DNA from: a bacterium
GTDB lineage: Bacteria; Zhuqueibacterota; Zhuqueibacteria; Residuimicrobiales; Krinioviventaceae
DNA: 64,000 nucleotides
Assembly: GCA_963675755.2 (NCBI GenBank)
Contig: CAXXMD010000003.1
Location: 2,048,001 to 2,112,000 of the forward strand
Direction: 5' to 3'
The notes under the pieces were generated by a model. That model was not told the origin of the DNA, did no database searches, and saw nothing but the letters and a program-made list of their open reading frames with translations. Shown in pieces: positions 11,060-22,649 of this stretch (positions are counted from its first letter, which is position 1; every line of letters begins with the position of its first letter). Made by a program: the position numbers and the translations under genes.

Positions 11060-12258
11060 TGAAATCTTTAAGAAATTTTCTTGACAAGCAGGAAAAGCAC
11101 TTTCATAAGGGTGGCAAGTATGAAAAGCTTTTCTATGTGTGGGAGATGTTAGACACATTAGTCTATACTCCAAGCACAGTAACATTGCGACGAACACATA
11201 TTCGTGATTCGTTGGATTTAAAGCGAATGATGATGATGGTAATGATTGCATTGTTTCCTGCCATTGGTATGGCACTTTACAATACAGGTTACCAGGCGAA
11301 TCTTGCGCTTGCAGCTAATGCGGGAGCGACTGATTTATTCTGGCAGGCCCGTTTCATGAATTGGATGGGACTCGGTTTTGATCCCTCGAATTTGTGGCTA
11401 AATTTACTGCATGGAGCGCTTTACTTCTTTCCTGTATATATTGTTACTTTGGCCGTTGGTGGTATTTGGGAAGTTTTGTTTGCCACAATACGTAAGCATG
11501 AAGTAAACGAAGGCTTTTTCGTAACCAGTATCCTTTTCCCGCTTATTCTTCCTCCAACAATTCCTTATTGGCAGGTTGCCGTAGGTATCACCTTTGGTGT
11601 TGTTATTGGAAAGGAAGTTTTTGGTGGTGTGGGTATGAATATTCTTAATCCTGCATTGACCGCGCGTGTGTTTTTATTCTTTGCCTATCCTGCACAGATT
11701 TCTGGAGATAAAGTCTGGGTTGCTGTTGACGGATTGTCACGCGCTACCGCGCTGGGTGAGCTTGCTGATCCGGTTATGAAAATGTCTACAACCTGGTGGA
11801 ACTCTTTTATAGGATTGGTTCCCGGTTCTATGGGCGAAACTTCCACTCTCGCTATTCTGATTGGTGCCTTTATTTTGATTGTTACCGGCATCGGTTCGTG
11901 GCGAATTATGTTGAGTTCTGTGGTGGGTATGGCAGCGTTCTCGTTATTGCTAAACGTAGTAGGAAGCGATACCAATTCCATGTTTGCAGTTACCCCCGTA
12001 TGGCATCTGGTTTTGGGTGGTTTTGCTTTTGGTACTGTGTTTATGGCAACTGATCCCGTGAGCGCACCCCAGGTAATAAAAGGACATTGGATATACGGAT
12101 TTTTAATTGGTGCATTGACCGTACTGGTACGTGTTATCAATCCTGCATTTCCTGAAGGAATGATGCTTGCGATCCTGTTTATGAATGTATTTGCACCTAT
12201 TATTGACAAGGTGTATATCAATAAAAATATCAAGAGGAGGCTGTTACGTAATGTCTAA
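11059..12258 (+). CDS. nqrB: Na+-NQR subunit B
   Basis: [23 protein letters not shown] flavinylation site, [15 protein letters not shown]. Confidence 0.95.
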   Translation: MKSLRNFLDKQEKHFHKGGKYEKLFYVWEMLDTLVYTPSTVTLRRTHIRDSLDLKRMMMMVMIALFPAIGMALYNTGYQANLALAANAGATDLFWQARFMNWMGLGFDPSNLWLNLLHGALYFFPVYIVTLAVGGIWEVLFATIRKHEVNEGFFVTSILFPLILPPTIPYWQVAVGITFGVVIGKEVFGGVGMNILNPALTARVFLFFAYPAQISGDKVWVAVDGLSRATALGELADPVMKMSTTWWNSFIGLVPGSMGETSTLAILIGAFILIVTGIGSWRIMLSSVVGMAAFSLLLNVVGSDTNSMFAVTPVWHLVLGGFAFGTVFMATDPVSAPQVIKGHWIYGFLIGALTVLVRVINPAFPEGMMLAILFMNVFAPIIDKVYINKNIKRRLLRNV

Positions 12259-13042
12259 TGATAGCACAAAAAAAACTCTTATCGTAGCGCTGGGTGTTTG
12301 CCTTGTGTGTTCGATATTAGTTTCCTCTGCGGCTGTTTCCCTGCATGGTATACAGCAGGAAAACAAAAAGCTGGACAAGTTGAAGAATATTTTAATAGCC
12401 GGTGATTTGTATAAAGATAATATAGATGTAACTCAAACCTATAAAGATCTGGTAAGAGGCGAAATTATTGATATGAAAACCGGCGAACCCATTCCCGAAT
12501 CTGATTATAATGATGAATTGAATGTTGAAAAATTTGATATAAAAGCAATGGCAGAAGATTCGGAATATGGAAAAAGTATTCCCGCTGAAAAAGATATAGC
12601 AGATATTAAACGTATGCCCAAATACATGACTGTTTACCAGGTAATCAAAGATGGTGAATTGGATGAAGTAATTTTACCGATATATGGATTCGGATTGTGG
12701 TCTACAATGTACGGATTTATCGCAATTGATCATGATGTTAAAACCATTCGCGGTTTGACTTTTTATGAACATGGCGAGACCCCGGGCCTTGGCGGTGAAA
12801 TTGATAATCCCAATTGGAAAGCGATCTGGCCGGGTAAGCAGGCATTTGATGATAAAGGCAATGTGAAAATAACTGTAATCAAGAGCAATGTTGATAAATC
12901 TTCTCCCGATGCAAAATATCAGGTAGATGGACTTTCTGGTGCAACATTAACAACTCGTGGATTGGATAATACCGTGAAATTCTGGTTAGGTAAAGATGGA
13001 TATGGCCCCTATATTGAGCAATTGAGGGAGGGCTTGAAATGA
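12251..13042 (+). CDS. nqrC: Na+-NQR subunit C
   Basis: [29 protein letters not shown] site; start moved to ATG 12251. Confidence 0.95.
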   Translation: MSNDSTKKTLIVALGVCLVCSILVSSAAVSLHGIQQENKKLDKLKNILIAGDLYKDNIDVTQTYKDLVRGEIIDMKTGEPIPESDYNDELNVEKFDIKAMAEDSEYGKSIPAEKDIADIKRMPKYMTVYQVIKDGELDEVILPIYGFGLWSTMYGFIAIDHDVKTIRGLTFYEHGETPGLGGEIDNPNWKAIWPGKQAFDDKGNVKITVIKSNVDKSSPDAKYQVDGLSGATLTTRGLDNTVKFWLGKDGYGPYIEQLREGLK

Positions 13043-13659
13043 GTAAATATAAACAAATAATATTGGATCCCGTATTTAACAACAATCCTATTGCTAAGCA
13101 AATATTGGGAATCTGTTCCGCATTGGCGGTTACGTCAAAACTTGAAACCGCTATAGTTATGTCACTGGCGGTAACGTTTGTAGTTTCGTTTTCAAACCTT
13201 GCGGTCAGTTCAATTCGTAATTTCGTTCCCAGTTCAATTCGTATTCTGGTAGAGATGACCATTATTGCTTCTTTGGTTATTATTGCTGATCAATTGATCA
13301 AAGCTTTTGCTTTTGATGTCAGCAAGCAATTATCCGTTTACGTTGGATTGATTATTACAAACTGTATTATTATGGGACGTGCTGAAGCGTTTGCCCTTAA
13401 AAATTCACCATGGCTAAGTTTTCTGGATGGAATTGGTAACGGATTAGGCTATAGTTTTGTATTATTGTTTGTAGGATTTTTCAGAGAACTGTTGGGTTCC
13501 GGAAAGCTTTTAGGATATACTGTATTGCAGCCCGTTACCGAAGGCGGTTGGTATGCACCTAATGGTCTGTTTGTATTGTCACCAAGTGCTTTCTTTATAA
13601 TTGGTATGTTAATTTGGATCTTTAGGACCTGGAAACCTGAGCAAGTTGAAGAGGAATAA
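13039..13659 (+). CDS. nqrD: Na+-NQR subunit D
   Basis: [27 protein letters not shown]. Confidence 0.95.
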   Translation: MSKYKQIILDPVFNNNPIAKQILGICSALAVTSKLETAIVMSLAVTFVVSFSNLAVSSIRNFVPSSIRILVEMTIIASLVIIADQLIKAFAFDVSKQLSVYVGLIITNCIIMGRAEAFALKNSPWLSFLDGIGNGLGYSFVLLFVGFFRELLGSGKLLGYTVLQPVTEGGWYAPNGLFVLSPSAFFIIGMLIWIFRTWKPEQVEEE

Positions 13660-13661
13660 CC

Positions 13662-14273
13662 ATGTTTGAACATTATCTGAGTTTATTTGTAAAATCCATT
13701 TTTATGGAAAACATGGCCCTGGCTCTGTTCCTGGGCATGTGTACTTTTCTTGCGGTTTCCAAACGAGTGGACACTGCAGTAGGTTTGGGTTTGGCAGTTG
13801 TGGTTGTTCAAGCCATTACCTTACCGGTAAACAATTTGATTTATAATCATGTGCTAAAAGCCGGTGCCCTGGCATGGGCGGGTTTACCGAATGTGGATCT
13901 CACATTTTTAGGCCTTATTACCTATATTGGTGTAATTGCGGCAATGGTGCAGATCCTTGAAATGATTCTTGATAAATATGTACCCAAGCTTTATAACTCT
14001 TTGGGTATCTTTTTGCCCCTTATTACTGTAAACTGTGCCATTTTAGGTGGTTCGTTGTTTATGGTAGAACGCGGATATAATTTCCCTGATAGTGTTGTTT
14101 TTGGTTTTGGCTCCGGAATCGGGTTTGCTTTGGCAATTATCGCTCTGGCAGGTATTCGCGAAAAAATGAAATACAGCAATGTTCCCACAGGTTTACGTGG
14201 GCTGGGCATAACCTTTATAACTGTAGGGTTAATGGCCATTGCATTTATGATATTTTCTGGTATTCAATTATAG
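13662..14273 (+). CDS. nqrE: Na+-NQR subunit E
   Basis: [23 protein letters not shown]-terminal FSGIQL. Confidence 0.95.
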   Translation: MFEHYLSLFVKSIFMENMALALFLGMCTFLAVSKRVDTAVGLGLAVVVVQAITLPVNNLIYNHVLKAGALAWAGLPNVDLTFLGLITYIGVIAAMVQILEMILDKYVPKLYNSLGIFLPLITVNCAILGGSLFMVERGYNFPDSVVFGFGSGIGFALAIIALAGIREKMKYSNVPTGLRGLGITFITVGLMAIAFMIFSGIQL

Positions 14274-14288
14274 GGGGAAGGAGGATAG

Positions 14289-15521
14289 ATGTCGGGATTT
14301 AGTTTAATATTACTCGGCGTGTTCATGTTCACGCTGATTGTACTGGTCCTTGTATTAATTATTTTACTGGCCAAGTCAAAGCTTGTTCAAAGCGGCAAAG
14401 CCAAAATTGTTATCAATGATGATCCGGACCATACTTTTCAAGTCCCAATGGGCGACAAGCTCTTGAACTCTTTGGCAGATCAGAGTATTTTTATCCCATC
14501 CGCATGTGGTGGAGGTGGTACTTGTGGTGAATGTAAAATCATTGTCACAGAAGGTGGTGGTGATGTGCTTGCTACAGAGCGTTCAAAATTGACCCGAGGA
14601 CAGGTGCGTGAAGGATATCGCCTTAGCTGTCAGCTTCCTGTTAAAGGTGATATGAAGCTGGAAGTACCTGCAGAAGTATTTGAAATTAAAAAGTGGGAAT
14701 GTAAAGTTAAATCAAACCACAATGTTGCCACTTTTATTAAAGAGTTGGTGCTTGAACTGCCCGAAGGTGAAGATGTTAATTTTAGAGCGGGTGGATATAT
14801 TCAAATTGAAGCACCACCTCATACAGTAAATTATAAAGATTTTGAAATTGAAGAAGAATATAGAGACGACTGGGACAAATACAACATGTGGCAATTTGTC
14901 TCAAAAGTGAATGAGCCTGTATTAAGAGCTTATTCTATGGCAAGTTATCCCGAGGAAAAAGGCATCATTATGCTGAATGTGCGTATTGCATCGCCTCCTC
15001 CAAACAAGCCAAGTGTGCCACCGGGCCAGATGTCTTCTTTTATTTTTAATTTAAAACCGGGAGACACGGTTATAATCTCGGGTCCTTATGGAGAGTTCTT
15101 TGCCCGTGAAACCGACAATGAAATGGTTTTCATTGGTGGTGGCGCAGGTATGGCTCCTATGCGTTCTCATATTTTTGATCAGTTGAAACGTTTGGATTCA
15201 AAACGGAAAATGACATTCTGGTATGGTGCAAGAAGTAAACGTGAAATTTTTTACCAGGAAGATTTTGATACATTGCAGGCCAATCATGATAATTTTAAAT
15301 GGCATGTAGCTTTGTCTGAACCCTTGCCTGAAGATAACTGGGAAGGATACGTTGGTTTTATCCATCAGGTTATTCTAGATGAATATCTTGGCAAACATAA
15401 AGCTCCTGAAGATTGTGAGTATTATTTATGTGGTCCCCCAATGATGATCAATGCTGTTTTCAAAATGCTTGATGATCTTGGTGTAGAGCCCGAAAATATT
15501 TTGTTTGATGATTTCGGTTAA
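14289..15521 (+). CDS. nqrF: Na+-NQR subunit F
   Basis: [10 protein letters not shown]...LSCQ 2Fe-2[27 protein letters not shown] end. Confidence 0.96.
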   Translation: MSGFSLILLGVFMFTLIVLVLVLIILLAKSKLVQSGKAKIVINDDPDHTFQVPMGDKLLNSLADQSIFIPSACGGGGTCGECKIIVTEGGGDVLATERSKLTRGQVREGYRLSCQLPVKGDMKLEVPAEVFEIKKWECKVKSNHNVATFIKELVLELPEGEDVNFRAGGYIQIEAPPHTVNYKDFEIEEEYRDDWDKYNMWQFVSKVNEPVLRAYSMASYPEEKGIIMLNVRIASPPPNKPSVPPGQMSSFIFNLKPGDTVIISGPYGEFFARETDNEMVFIGGGAGMAPMRSHIFDQLKRLDSKRKMTFWYGARSKREIFYQEDFDTLQANHDNFKWHVALSEPLPEDNWEGYVGFIHQVILDEYLGKHKAPEDCEYYLCGPPMMINAVFKMLDDLGVEPENILFDDFG

Positions 15522-15551
15522 TAAAAAAGTCAAAAAATAAGGAGTAATAGA

Positions 15552-15962
15552 ATGGCTTTTTTTGAATGGAAGGACAGCTATAGCACCACAATACCCACAA
15601 TTGATACGCAGCATAAAAAACTGGTTGAATATATTAATCAGTTGTATGAGGCAATGAGTGCAGGAAAAAGCAAGGAAGTAATGGGTCCACTGTTGCAAAA
15701 TCTTTTAGATTATACGGTTACTCATTTTTCAACTGAAGAAAAAATGCTGGCAAAGTATAATTATCCAACTTTTACTGCTCATAAATCATATCATGATAGC
15801 TTTACAAGCAAGATTAAATCCAGCCAGGAGAAATATCTGGCTGGCAATTCAAGTGTTGTAATAGAGTTGAGCAAGTATCTCAAGGAATGGTTGGCAAATC
15901 ATATTTTACAAACAGATATGCAGTATGTGAAATTTTTGAGAGACAACAAGATTATTTCCTGA
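15552..15962 (+). CDS. Bacteriohemerythrin (single domain)
   Basis: All di-iron ligands: QH, HFSTEE, HKSYH, HILQTD. Confidence 0.92.
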   Translation: MAFFEWKDSYSTTIPTIDTQHKKLVEYINQLYEAMSAGKSKEVMGPLLQNLLDYTVTHFSTEEKMLAKYNYPTFTAHKSYHDSFTSKIKSSQEKYLAGNSSVVIELSKYLKEWLANHILQTDMQYVKFLRDNKIIS

Positions 15963-16071
15963 GTCATGTATTGAATTGAAATATACGAGCTCAACAATAA
16001 ATAAAATTGTATCGTTTTACGAGATAAAAGGATAATGGCTTTTACTATATGTTTCTTGGCCGGAGGAGAGT

Positions 16072-16479
16072 ATGGCTTATTTTGAATGGAAAGATTCTTA
16101 CTGTGTTGGAATTGAAAAAATAGACAAGCAACATCAAAAATTGGTTAGTTTGGTTAATGATTTTTATGAAGCCATGAGTGCCGGTAAAGCCAATACGGTA
16201 TTGGGTGAAATATTTGAGGAATTGATCAATTATACAATCATCCATTTTGATACTGAAGAAGAATTAATGACCCGTTTTGGATATTCTGCAATTTTTACAC
16301 ATCAAAAAGAGCATAATGATTTAAAACAAAAGGTAATGGAGTACAAGGCAAAATTTGAAAGCGGCAATACTTTGATGGTTATTGATTTAAGTAAATTTCT
16401 GAAACAGTGGTTGGCAAATCATATATTAAAAACCGATATGGCATATTCAGAATTTTTCAAAGCCAAAGGTGTAAAATAA
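16072..16479 (+). CDS. Bacteriohemerythrin (single domain), paralog
   Basis: QH, HFDTEE, HQKEH, HILKTD; GGAG RBS. Confidence 0.93.
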   Translation: MAYFEWKDSYCVGIEKIDKQHQKLVSLVNDFYEAMSAGKANTVLGEIFEELINYTIIHFDTEEELMTRFGYSAIFTHQKEHNDLKQKVMEYKAKFESGNTLMVIDLSKFLKQWLANHILKTDMAYSEFFKAKGVK

Positions 16480-16597
16480 TCGATTTTAAATGAAACAAAG
16501 AGGATTTAAAGCCGATCTTGTATTATTTCCGTTTTACGGGAATAAATAAAGTGCGGTTGACAATTATATTTAAATTAATAAATATAAAGGAGGCTTT

Positions 16598-17062
16598 ATG
16601 AAAACAGCCGAAGAAATTGTTAACCTTAAATCAGAACAGGTAATTACCGTACCGGTAGATTCAACGATTGCTGAAACTTTAAAGATTATGAATGAGCACA
16701 AGATTGGTGCGATCCTGGTAACAAAAGATGATGTTGTCGCTGGCATCTGGACCGAGCGTGATTTAATGCAAGACATTCTGGATGATAGTTTTGACATTAA
16801 AAGTGCCAAAATAGGTGATTATATGACAACAAACCTGATTGCGGCAAAATATTCTGACTCTATTTATCAATTGATGGATAAATTTTTGGGTCATCGGTTC
16901 AGACACATTATTGTGGAAAAAGAAGGCGAATACATTGGTTTTCTTTCAATGGGTGATGTTGCAAAAACCATATTGATTGAAAAGAATGAAGAAATTAAAA
17001 ATCTAAACGAGATGATAAGCTTTGAATACTATGAAAACTGGCAATGGAAAAAGAAAAAATAA
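16598..17062 (+). CDS. Stand-alone CBS-pair protein
   Basis: HKIGAILV...GIWTERD, RFRHIIV...GFLSMGDV. Confidence 0.9.
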   Translation: MKTAEEIVNLKSEQVITVPVDSTIAETLKIMNEHKIGAILVTKDDVVAGIWTERDLMQDILDDSFDIKSAKIGDYMTTNLIAAKYSDSIYQLMDKFLGHRFRHIIVEKEGEYIGFLSMGDVAKTILIEKNEEIKNLNEMISFEYYENWQWKKKK

Positions 17063-18098
17063 TACTGTTCTTCTAGTTGTTTTTTTTGTTGTTTTACTAA
17101 CTGCCAGTTATTGGACCCGGTGTGACCGGCATAAATTTCACGAAAATGCGCTGGCCGGCCGCACAATGGGGACCAGTTTTTCAATAAAGATTGTTACTGC
17201 CCAGAATGATGTTATCAATATAGAGCTAGTAAAGAATAATATTGATTCATTGCTTGAATTAGTCAATATGCAAATGTCTACCTATATTGATTCTTCTGAA
17301 CTTTCCAGATTTAATAACTTTTCAAAAACCACAGAATTCCCTGTATCAAAAGCATTATCCTTTGTGTTTTTTAATGCCATTCAAACCAGTGAAAAGTCTG
17401 ATGGTGCATTTGATATTACAGTAGGTCCCATGGTAAACCTTTGGGGATTTGGCCCCGAGCACCACAATGATGAGGTCCCTCCAGACAGCGAAATTGCTGA
17501 TCGTTTAAGCAAAGTGGGGTACCATTATTTGTCTATAGATACAAGCCGCTCTATTGTGAGCAAAGCTATTCCCGAATTGTATTGTGATCTTTCGTCCATT
17601 GCAAAAGGATATGGTGTGGATGTGGTTGCCGATTATCTTGAGCAGCAAGGTTTTGAAAATTATTTGGTAGAAATAGGAGGCGAAATCCGTGCCCGGGGGC
17701 GTAACTCCCAAACGGATAAATGGCGCATCGGTATTGCGTCTCCAAAGACAGAACCCGGTTATGTTAAAGCTCTCTCTGTCAACAATGTAGGTGTAGCTAC
17801 TTCCGGGGACTATTTGAACTATTTTGAAAAAAATGGGTTACGTTATTCACATACAATTGATCCGAGAACCGGTAAGCCTATAACGCATAATCTTGCATCT
17901 GTCACCGTTATTCATCCGTCATGCCAGATCGCTGATGCATATGCAACGGCAATTTCCGTATTAGGTCCGGAAAAAGGATACCAGTTTGCTCTCGATGAGG
18001 AACTTTTGGTTTTTATGATCATTAGAGAAAATACAGAATTTATTGAAAAAATGACTCCCGGTTTTGAGAATTTAATTAATACTATTAATAACAGGTGA
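17031..18098 (+). CDS. apbE: FAD:protein FMN transferase ApbE
   Basis: TMGT, GAFDITVGP, IAKGYGVD, EIGGE, ATSGDY, HTIDPRTG, ADAYATA; start uncertain (17022/17031). Confidence 0.93.
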   Translation: MKTGNGKRKNNTVLLVVFFVVLLTASYWTRCDRHKFHENALAGRTMGTSFSIKIVTAQNDVINIELVKNNIDSLLELVNMQMSTYIDSSELSRFNNFSKTTEFPVSKALSFVFFNAIQTSEKSDGAFDITVGPMVNLWGFGPEHHNDEVPPDSEIADRLSKVGYHYLSIDTSRSIVSKAIPELYCDLSSIAKGYGVDVVADYLEQQGFENYLVEIGGEIRARGRNSQTDKWRIGIASPKTEPGYVKALSVNNVGVATSGDYLNYFEKNGLRYSHTIDPRTGKPITHNLASVTVIHPSCQIADAYATAISVLGPEKGYQFALDEELLVFMIIRENTEFIEKMTPGFENLINTINNR

Positions 18099-18102
18099 TA
18101 TT

Positions 18103-18357
18103 ATGATTGCGCAAATACTTTTAGTAGCCGTTGTAATGGTTGTTCTTTTTTCTTTTTTCGCGTTTGCTTTGCATTTTAGCAAATACAAGAAACGACCAGG
18201 TACCGAAGGCTGTTGTGGGGGTGGTCATTGCGACACTGATAAACATGATGATGATCATTCCTGCGGTTGCTATGATGAGAAAATGAAATTTGTTGAAAGC
18301 TATGACGCATTGAATAAACATTCTTGTGGTGATCAATGCAGTTGCGGTAACCATTAA
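18103..18357 (+). CDS. Small single-TM Cys/His-rich protein, NqrM-like maturation factor candidate
   Basis: TM helix then GCCGGGHC and further Cys/His clusters; directly after apbE. Confidence 0.6.
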   Translation: MIAQILLVAVVMVVLFSFFAFALHFSKYKKRPGTEGCCGGGHCDTDKHDDDHSCGCYDEKMKFVESYDALNKHSCGDQCSCGNH

Positions 18358-18390
18358 AATAAAAGCCCTGTTTTAAACAGGGCTTTTATT
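18358..18390 (+). terminator. Intrinsic terminator ending nqr-apbE cluster
   Basis: AATAAAAGCCCTGTTT-T-AAACAGGGCTTTTATT perfect inverted repeat. Confidence 0.8.
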
Positions 18391-18602
18391 ATCATCCCTT
18401 TTATTACTTCCTGAAAATATAAAATATTTTACACTGCTGTAAAGAAATTTTACAGTAATGATTTTTTGAGTATACAAAAAGACGAATGTCTTTAAGTGTT
18501 GATGAATTCGATTCATTCCCCCTGTAAGGCATTGTTTTTATTTATATTGCCTCTGCCTGTTTTTGCTTGATTGTTTATAATTGCAGTTATAGTGCTCTAA
18601 AT

Positions 18603-18618
18603 TGGCATTACAATTGCC
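18603..18618 (+). promoter_or_regulatory. sigma54 (-24/-12) promoter of MCP gene
   Basis: TGGCAT-TACAA-TTGCC about 40 bp before ATG 18657; palindrome CTGTAAA-N5-TTTACAG at 18437-18455 upstream. Confidence 0.65.
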
Positions 18619-18656
18619 TAAGTAGATATGAAAAAAAAGTAAAAACGAGGTGTGCA

Positions 18657-21194
18657 ATGCGGTTTACAATTAAATACAAAATTATGGCTTTATCTCTCTC
18701 TTTTGTGCTGATACCTGTCATCATTATTTTGATTCAGGTAGGCGTTCAAAAGGGCGTATTAAAGTCCAAGGTTACAGATGAAATTGATATTTTGATAAAG
18801 GAAAACGTTTCTCAAATCGCCAAAGATGTATATCATTTGTGTGATGCAATGAATGATATCTTGAATGAAAAGGTTAAAGACGATCTTGTTTTTGCAAATG
18901 ATTTACTTGAGAAAAAAGGTGGTCTAAATATTGGTTCCAACACCGTTGCCTGGGATGCGACTAATCAGACAACAGGTCGTACGGTATCAGTGGAGCTGCC
19001 CAGAGTTTATGTTGGAAATTCCTGGTTGGGTCAAGTAAAAGATTTTGATCAGACAGTTCCTTTAGTTGATGAAATGCAGAAATTGGTTGGTGGTACCTGT
19101 ACAATTTTTCAAAGAATGAACAAAGATGGAGATATGTTGCGCGTTGCTACCAATATCAAAGATTTGAGTGGTAATCGGGTTTTGGGCACTTATATTCCAG
19201 CATCTTCATCTGATGGAGATGCCAATAAAGTTATTTCAACGGTTTTAAGAGGTGAAACATATTACGGACGCGCACTGGTTGTTAATGAATGGTATATCAC
19301 AGCGTACAAGCCGATTAAAGATAGTGAGAATAACGTTACTGGCATGTTGTATGTTGGTATTAAACAGGAATCAGTTTCAACTTTGCGCCATGCGATTATG
19401 GATATAACTGTTGGAAAAACCGGTTATGTTTATGTATTGGGAGGAACTGGTAAACATCAGGGCGATTATATCATTTCAAAAGATGGTGAACGTGATGGTG
19501 AGAATATTTGGAACGCCAAAGATTCTGATGGGAACCTCTTTATTCAATCTGTAATTAATAAGGCATTGAAATTAAAAGATACTGAAATTGATTATGAGCG
19601 ATACCCCTGGCTAAATGAAGGTGATACAAAAGCAAGAATGAAAATTGCATCCATTGCATATTATGAACCTTGGGATTGGGTGATTGGCGTAGGAACATAT
19701 GAAGATGATTATTATCAGGCACTGTATAGAATAGATGATGCTTTAAAACAGTTGTTAATGGGTATTGTGGGAACAGGACTTATTATACTCGTTTTGGGTA
19801 CGGTAGCTTCAATTTTAATGAGTACCCGAATTGCCAGACCTATAACTAAGATGAGTAAAAGTGCAGACAGGTTGGCAATGGGTGATATTAATCAAGATAT
19901 TGATCATGTATCAACCGATGAGACGGGCGAATTGGCAGATTCTTTTAGAAGAATGATAACGGCGTTGCAGGCTAAAACCCATTTAGCTGAGCAGATTGCT
20001 GAAGGAGATTTGTCAGCAGAGGAACAAATTGCATCTGAGGATGATAATTTGGGTAAAGCAATGGCAAAGATGAAAAACCGGATTCAATTGCTCTTGTCCG
20101 AGATTGAAACCCTGGCTTCCAGCGCTGTAAGAGGAGATCTTTCAAGACGTGCAAACTCGGATCAATTTCAAAATGATTTTAAAAATATTATTATTGGTAT
20201 AAATAGTATTGTGTCAGCTATTACACGTCCTATAAATGAAGCTTCAGATGTACTTTCAAAAGTAGCAAACCGAAAACTGACAGTTAGAATGAAAGGTGAA
20301 TACAAGGGCGATTTTAACAAAATTAAAGTTTCTTTAAATACCGCACTAGAAAATCTTGATACAAGTTTACATCAGGTTGCAGTAAGTTCCGATCAGGTTG
20401 CATCTGCATCGGACCAGATTAGTTCAGGTGGACAAGCATTGGCTCAGGGTGCATCGGAACAGGCCAGCTCACTTGAAGAGATTTCCAGCTCTTTGCATGA
20501 AGTGTCTTCAATGGCAATGCATAACTCTAATAATGCAAGTGAAGCCAAGCATCTTACAGATGCTACACGCGAAAGTGCAGATCAGGGTATGAAAAGCATG
20601 GATCTTTTGTCTAATGCTATTGAAAAAATTAAACAGTCGTCTGATGAGACTATAAAAGTTATTAAAACAATTGATGATATTGCATTTCAAACCAATCTGC
20701 TGGCCTTGAATGCGGCTGTTGAGGCTGCAAGAGCAGGTGAAGCAGGAAAAGGTTTTGCAGTTGTTGCTGAAGAAGTAAGAAACCTTGCAATACAGAGTGC
20801 AGAGTCTTCAAAAAACACATCGCAATTGATTACTGATGCCGTACAAAACGCTGAATCCGGTGTTGAATATAACAAGCAGGTTGCAGAACAGTTGCATGGC
20901 ATTCTTGAACAGGTAGCCAAGGTAAGTGATCTGATGGCTGAAGTTGCAGCCGGTTCAAGTGAACAGACCGAAGGTATTTCTCAGGTTAATAAAGCTCTTG
21001 AACAGTTGAACATGTTGACACAACAAAATGCTGCAAACGCGGAAGAATCTGCAAGTACTGCAGAAGAGTTGTCAAGTCAGGCAGAAGAAATGCGCAGCAT
21101 GACAGCACAATTCGAATTAACCGATAGCGATAATAGTAATGTGGCTACTTTTAGAAATGAAAATTATTATGAGGAAGAGATGTTGGAGGTGTAA
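18657..21194 (+). CDS. Methyl-accepting chemotaxis protein with Cache sensor and HAMP domains
   Basis: Two TMs flanking Cache-type region ([16 protein letters not shown]), [38 protein letters not shown]; GAGG RBS before 18657. Confidence 0.95.
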   Translation: MRFTIKYKIMALSLSFVLIPVIIILIQVGVQKGVLKSKVTDEIDILIKENVSQIAKDVYHLCDAMNDILNEKVKDDLVFANDLLEKKGGLNIGSNTVAWDATNQTTGRTVSVELPRVYVGNSWLGQVKDFDQTVPLVDEMQKLVGGTCTIFQRMNKDGDMLRVATNIKDLSGNRVLGTYIPASSSDGDANKVISTVLRGETYYGRALVVNEWYITAYKPIKDSENNVTGMLYVGIKQESVSTLRHAIMDITVGKTGYVYVLGGTGKHQGDYIISKDGERDGENIWNAKDSDGNLFIQSVINKALKLKDTEIDYERYPWLNEGDTKARMKIASIAYYEPWDWVIGVGTYEDDYYQALYRIDDALKQLLMGIVGTGLIILVLGTVASILMSTRIARPITKMSKSADRLAMGDINQDIDHVSTDETGELADSFRRMITALQAKTHLAEQIAEGDLSAEEQIASEDDNLGKAMAKMKNRIQLLLSEIETLASSAVRGDLSRRANSDQFQNDFKNIIIGINSIVSAITRPINEASDVLSKVANRKLTVRMKGEYKGDFNKIKVSLNTALENLDTSLHQVAVSSDQVASASDQISSGGQALAQGASEQASSLEEISSSLHEVSSMAMHNSNNASEAKHLTDATRESADQGMKSMDLLSNAIEKIKQSSDETIKVIKTIDDIAFQTNLLALNAAVEAARAGEAGKGFAVVAEEVRNLAIQSAESSKNTSQLITDAVQNAESGVEYNKQVAEQLHGILEQVAKVSDLMAEVAAGSSEQTEGISQVNKALEQLNMLTQQNAANAEESASTAEELSSQAEEMRSMTAQFELTDSDNSNVATFRNENYYEEEMLEV

Positions 21195-21201
21195 GAAGAA
21201 G

Positions 21202-21274
21202 TGAGGGCGGCGGGAATCGAACCCACGACCGACGGCTTAAAAGGCCGCTGCTCTACCGGCTGAGCTACGCCCTC
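21202..21274 (-). tRNA. tRNA-Lys(TTT), CCA not encoded
   Basis: Reverse complement GAGGGCGTAGCTCAGCCGGTAGAGCAGCGGC-CTTTTAA-GCCGTCGGTCGTGGGTTCGATTCCCGCCGCCCTCA folds as cloverleaf. Confidence 0.95.
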
Positions 21275-21365
21275 AACCTTACAGAATTAAAGGTAATAAA
21301 TTTTTAATAATTAAACAACAAAAAAATTAAATTTTATTAATTTTTTTTTAATGCACGACATTGTT

Positions 21366-22517
21366 TTACGATGTTGTGCATTTGTTTTTAAAATAGGTAT
21401 CAAGTTCCTGACCCGCTCCGTATAAATTACCAATTCCCAGAATTGTAGCAGGCTGCAATGTATTTTTAGAAATATGCGCAATAATTGAATCAGTATCTTT
21501 TAGTATTATGGTTTTGATAGATTTTGCAAGTTCCTGATGCAAGGGTTCTAAATGGCCATTGCCGGTCAAGATGCATTCTTTGACATGGGAATGTGTTTGT
21601 ACATATTTCAGCATTTCACGGCTTCTAAAAGGTCTGTCTTTGCGTGTATTGATTATTATGATTACATCACCTTCCAGATGTGATTTTAATCTTTCCTGAA
21701 TGATAGACAGTGCATGGGTGTCGTTTGCTGCAAATGCCTGAATGAAAGTGATGGATGTATGATCAAGTTCGCATTTATAAAGAGCCAATGCACCAGGATC
21801 GGGATTGGCTTGCATCATGCCTGCCAGGGCAGTCCCGGAATCTACTCCAAGGTAATTACACACCTGAAGAGCGAGTTTTATATTTTCTTTGTGCTCTATA
21901 TATGAAAAACGATCAAGAGGAATCTCTAATGTACTTTGTTCCATGTCGTCAGGTTCGTACAGCTCGGCATCCATATAAAAACAACGTTTGGTAAACAGCT
22001 CCCGGCTTTCCGGCAATGTAAAAACCATGCTGTTCTCTGTGATGGTCTTTGAATAGGCTTTAACCAGGCCGGGAATTGTATCGGCAGTTATATCCAAATG
22101 GTCAGGTCCAATTCTGCAAATAATGATTGAATTTGGATTAATGATGGAAAATGATTCGGTTTTGATCATTTGTGGACGGATTGCCATTCCTTCAACAACG
22201 AGGCATTGTGCATTATTTTCAACTGCAGTTGATATTGTCTTTTTCTGTTCGAGAATAGTAGGCATGCCATTTCTTTGGATTGCCTGTTCTGTTCCATCGG
22301 GCATGATTATTCTGGCAGCACTACCGGTAACTTTGGCCACAGTTTGAACACCTGCGGCATTCAGACCTGCTGCTACAAGACGGGCAACAGAAGATTTACC
22401 ACGAGTGCCGGTTACCAATATTCTGTTTGGTATTTTTTTTCTTTTAATGCTTAGCATCAGGTATTCATACATCCAGTATACCATCAGCAGAGTAATGCAT
22501 GTTAATATTATTTTCAA
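21366..22517 (-). CDS. pgsB: Poly-gamma-glutamate synthase PgsB/CapB-like Mur-ligase family protein
   Basis: VTGTRGKSS, KVTGS, VEGMAIRP, DHLD, PDPGAL, AFAAND, GIGN motifs. Confidence 0.8.
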   Translation of the reverse strand: MKIILTCITLLMVYWMYEYLMLSIKRKKIPNRILVTGTRGKSSVARLVAAGLNAAGVQTVAKVTGSAARIIMPDGTEQAIQRNGMPTILEQKKTISTAVENNAQCLVVEGMAIRPQMIKTESFSIINPNSIIICRIGPDHLDITADTIPGLVKAYSKTITENSMVFTLPESRELFTKRCFYMDAELYEPDDMEQSTLEIPLDRFSYIEHKENIKLALQVCNYLGVDSGTALAGMMQANPDPGALALYKCELDHTSITFIQAFAANDTHALSIIQERLKSHLEGDVIIIINTRKDRPFRSREMLKYVQTHSHVKECILTGNGHLEPLHQELAKSIKTIILKDTDSIIAHISKNTLQPATILGIGNLYGAGQELDTYFKNKCTTS

Positions 22518-22649
22518 ATGTCCTCTTTTGTTTTTTGCAATATAATTATATATTTGTTATATAACAAACAGGAATATTCATTCAAATGGTCTTGTAGGTT
22601 GAATTAATGCGAAGCAGAGTCAGGTTGTATTTTGAAAAGGAGAGATGAA

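Noticed and set aside
9710-15521. Rnf complex
   Set aside because: Presence of NqrA and NqrF and the A-F gene order identify Na+-NQR
21202-21274. tRNA-Lys as island or prophage attachment site
   Set aside because: No integrase and no duplicate of the tRNA 3' end seen in the window
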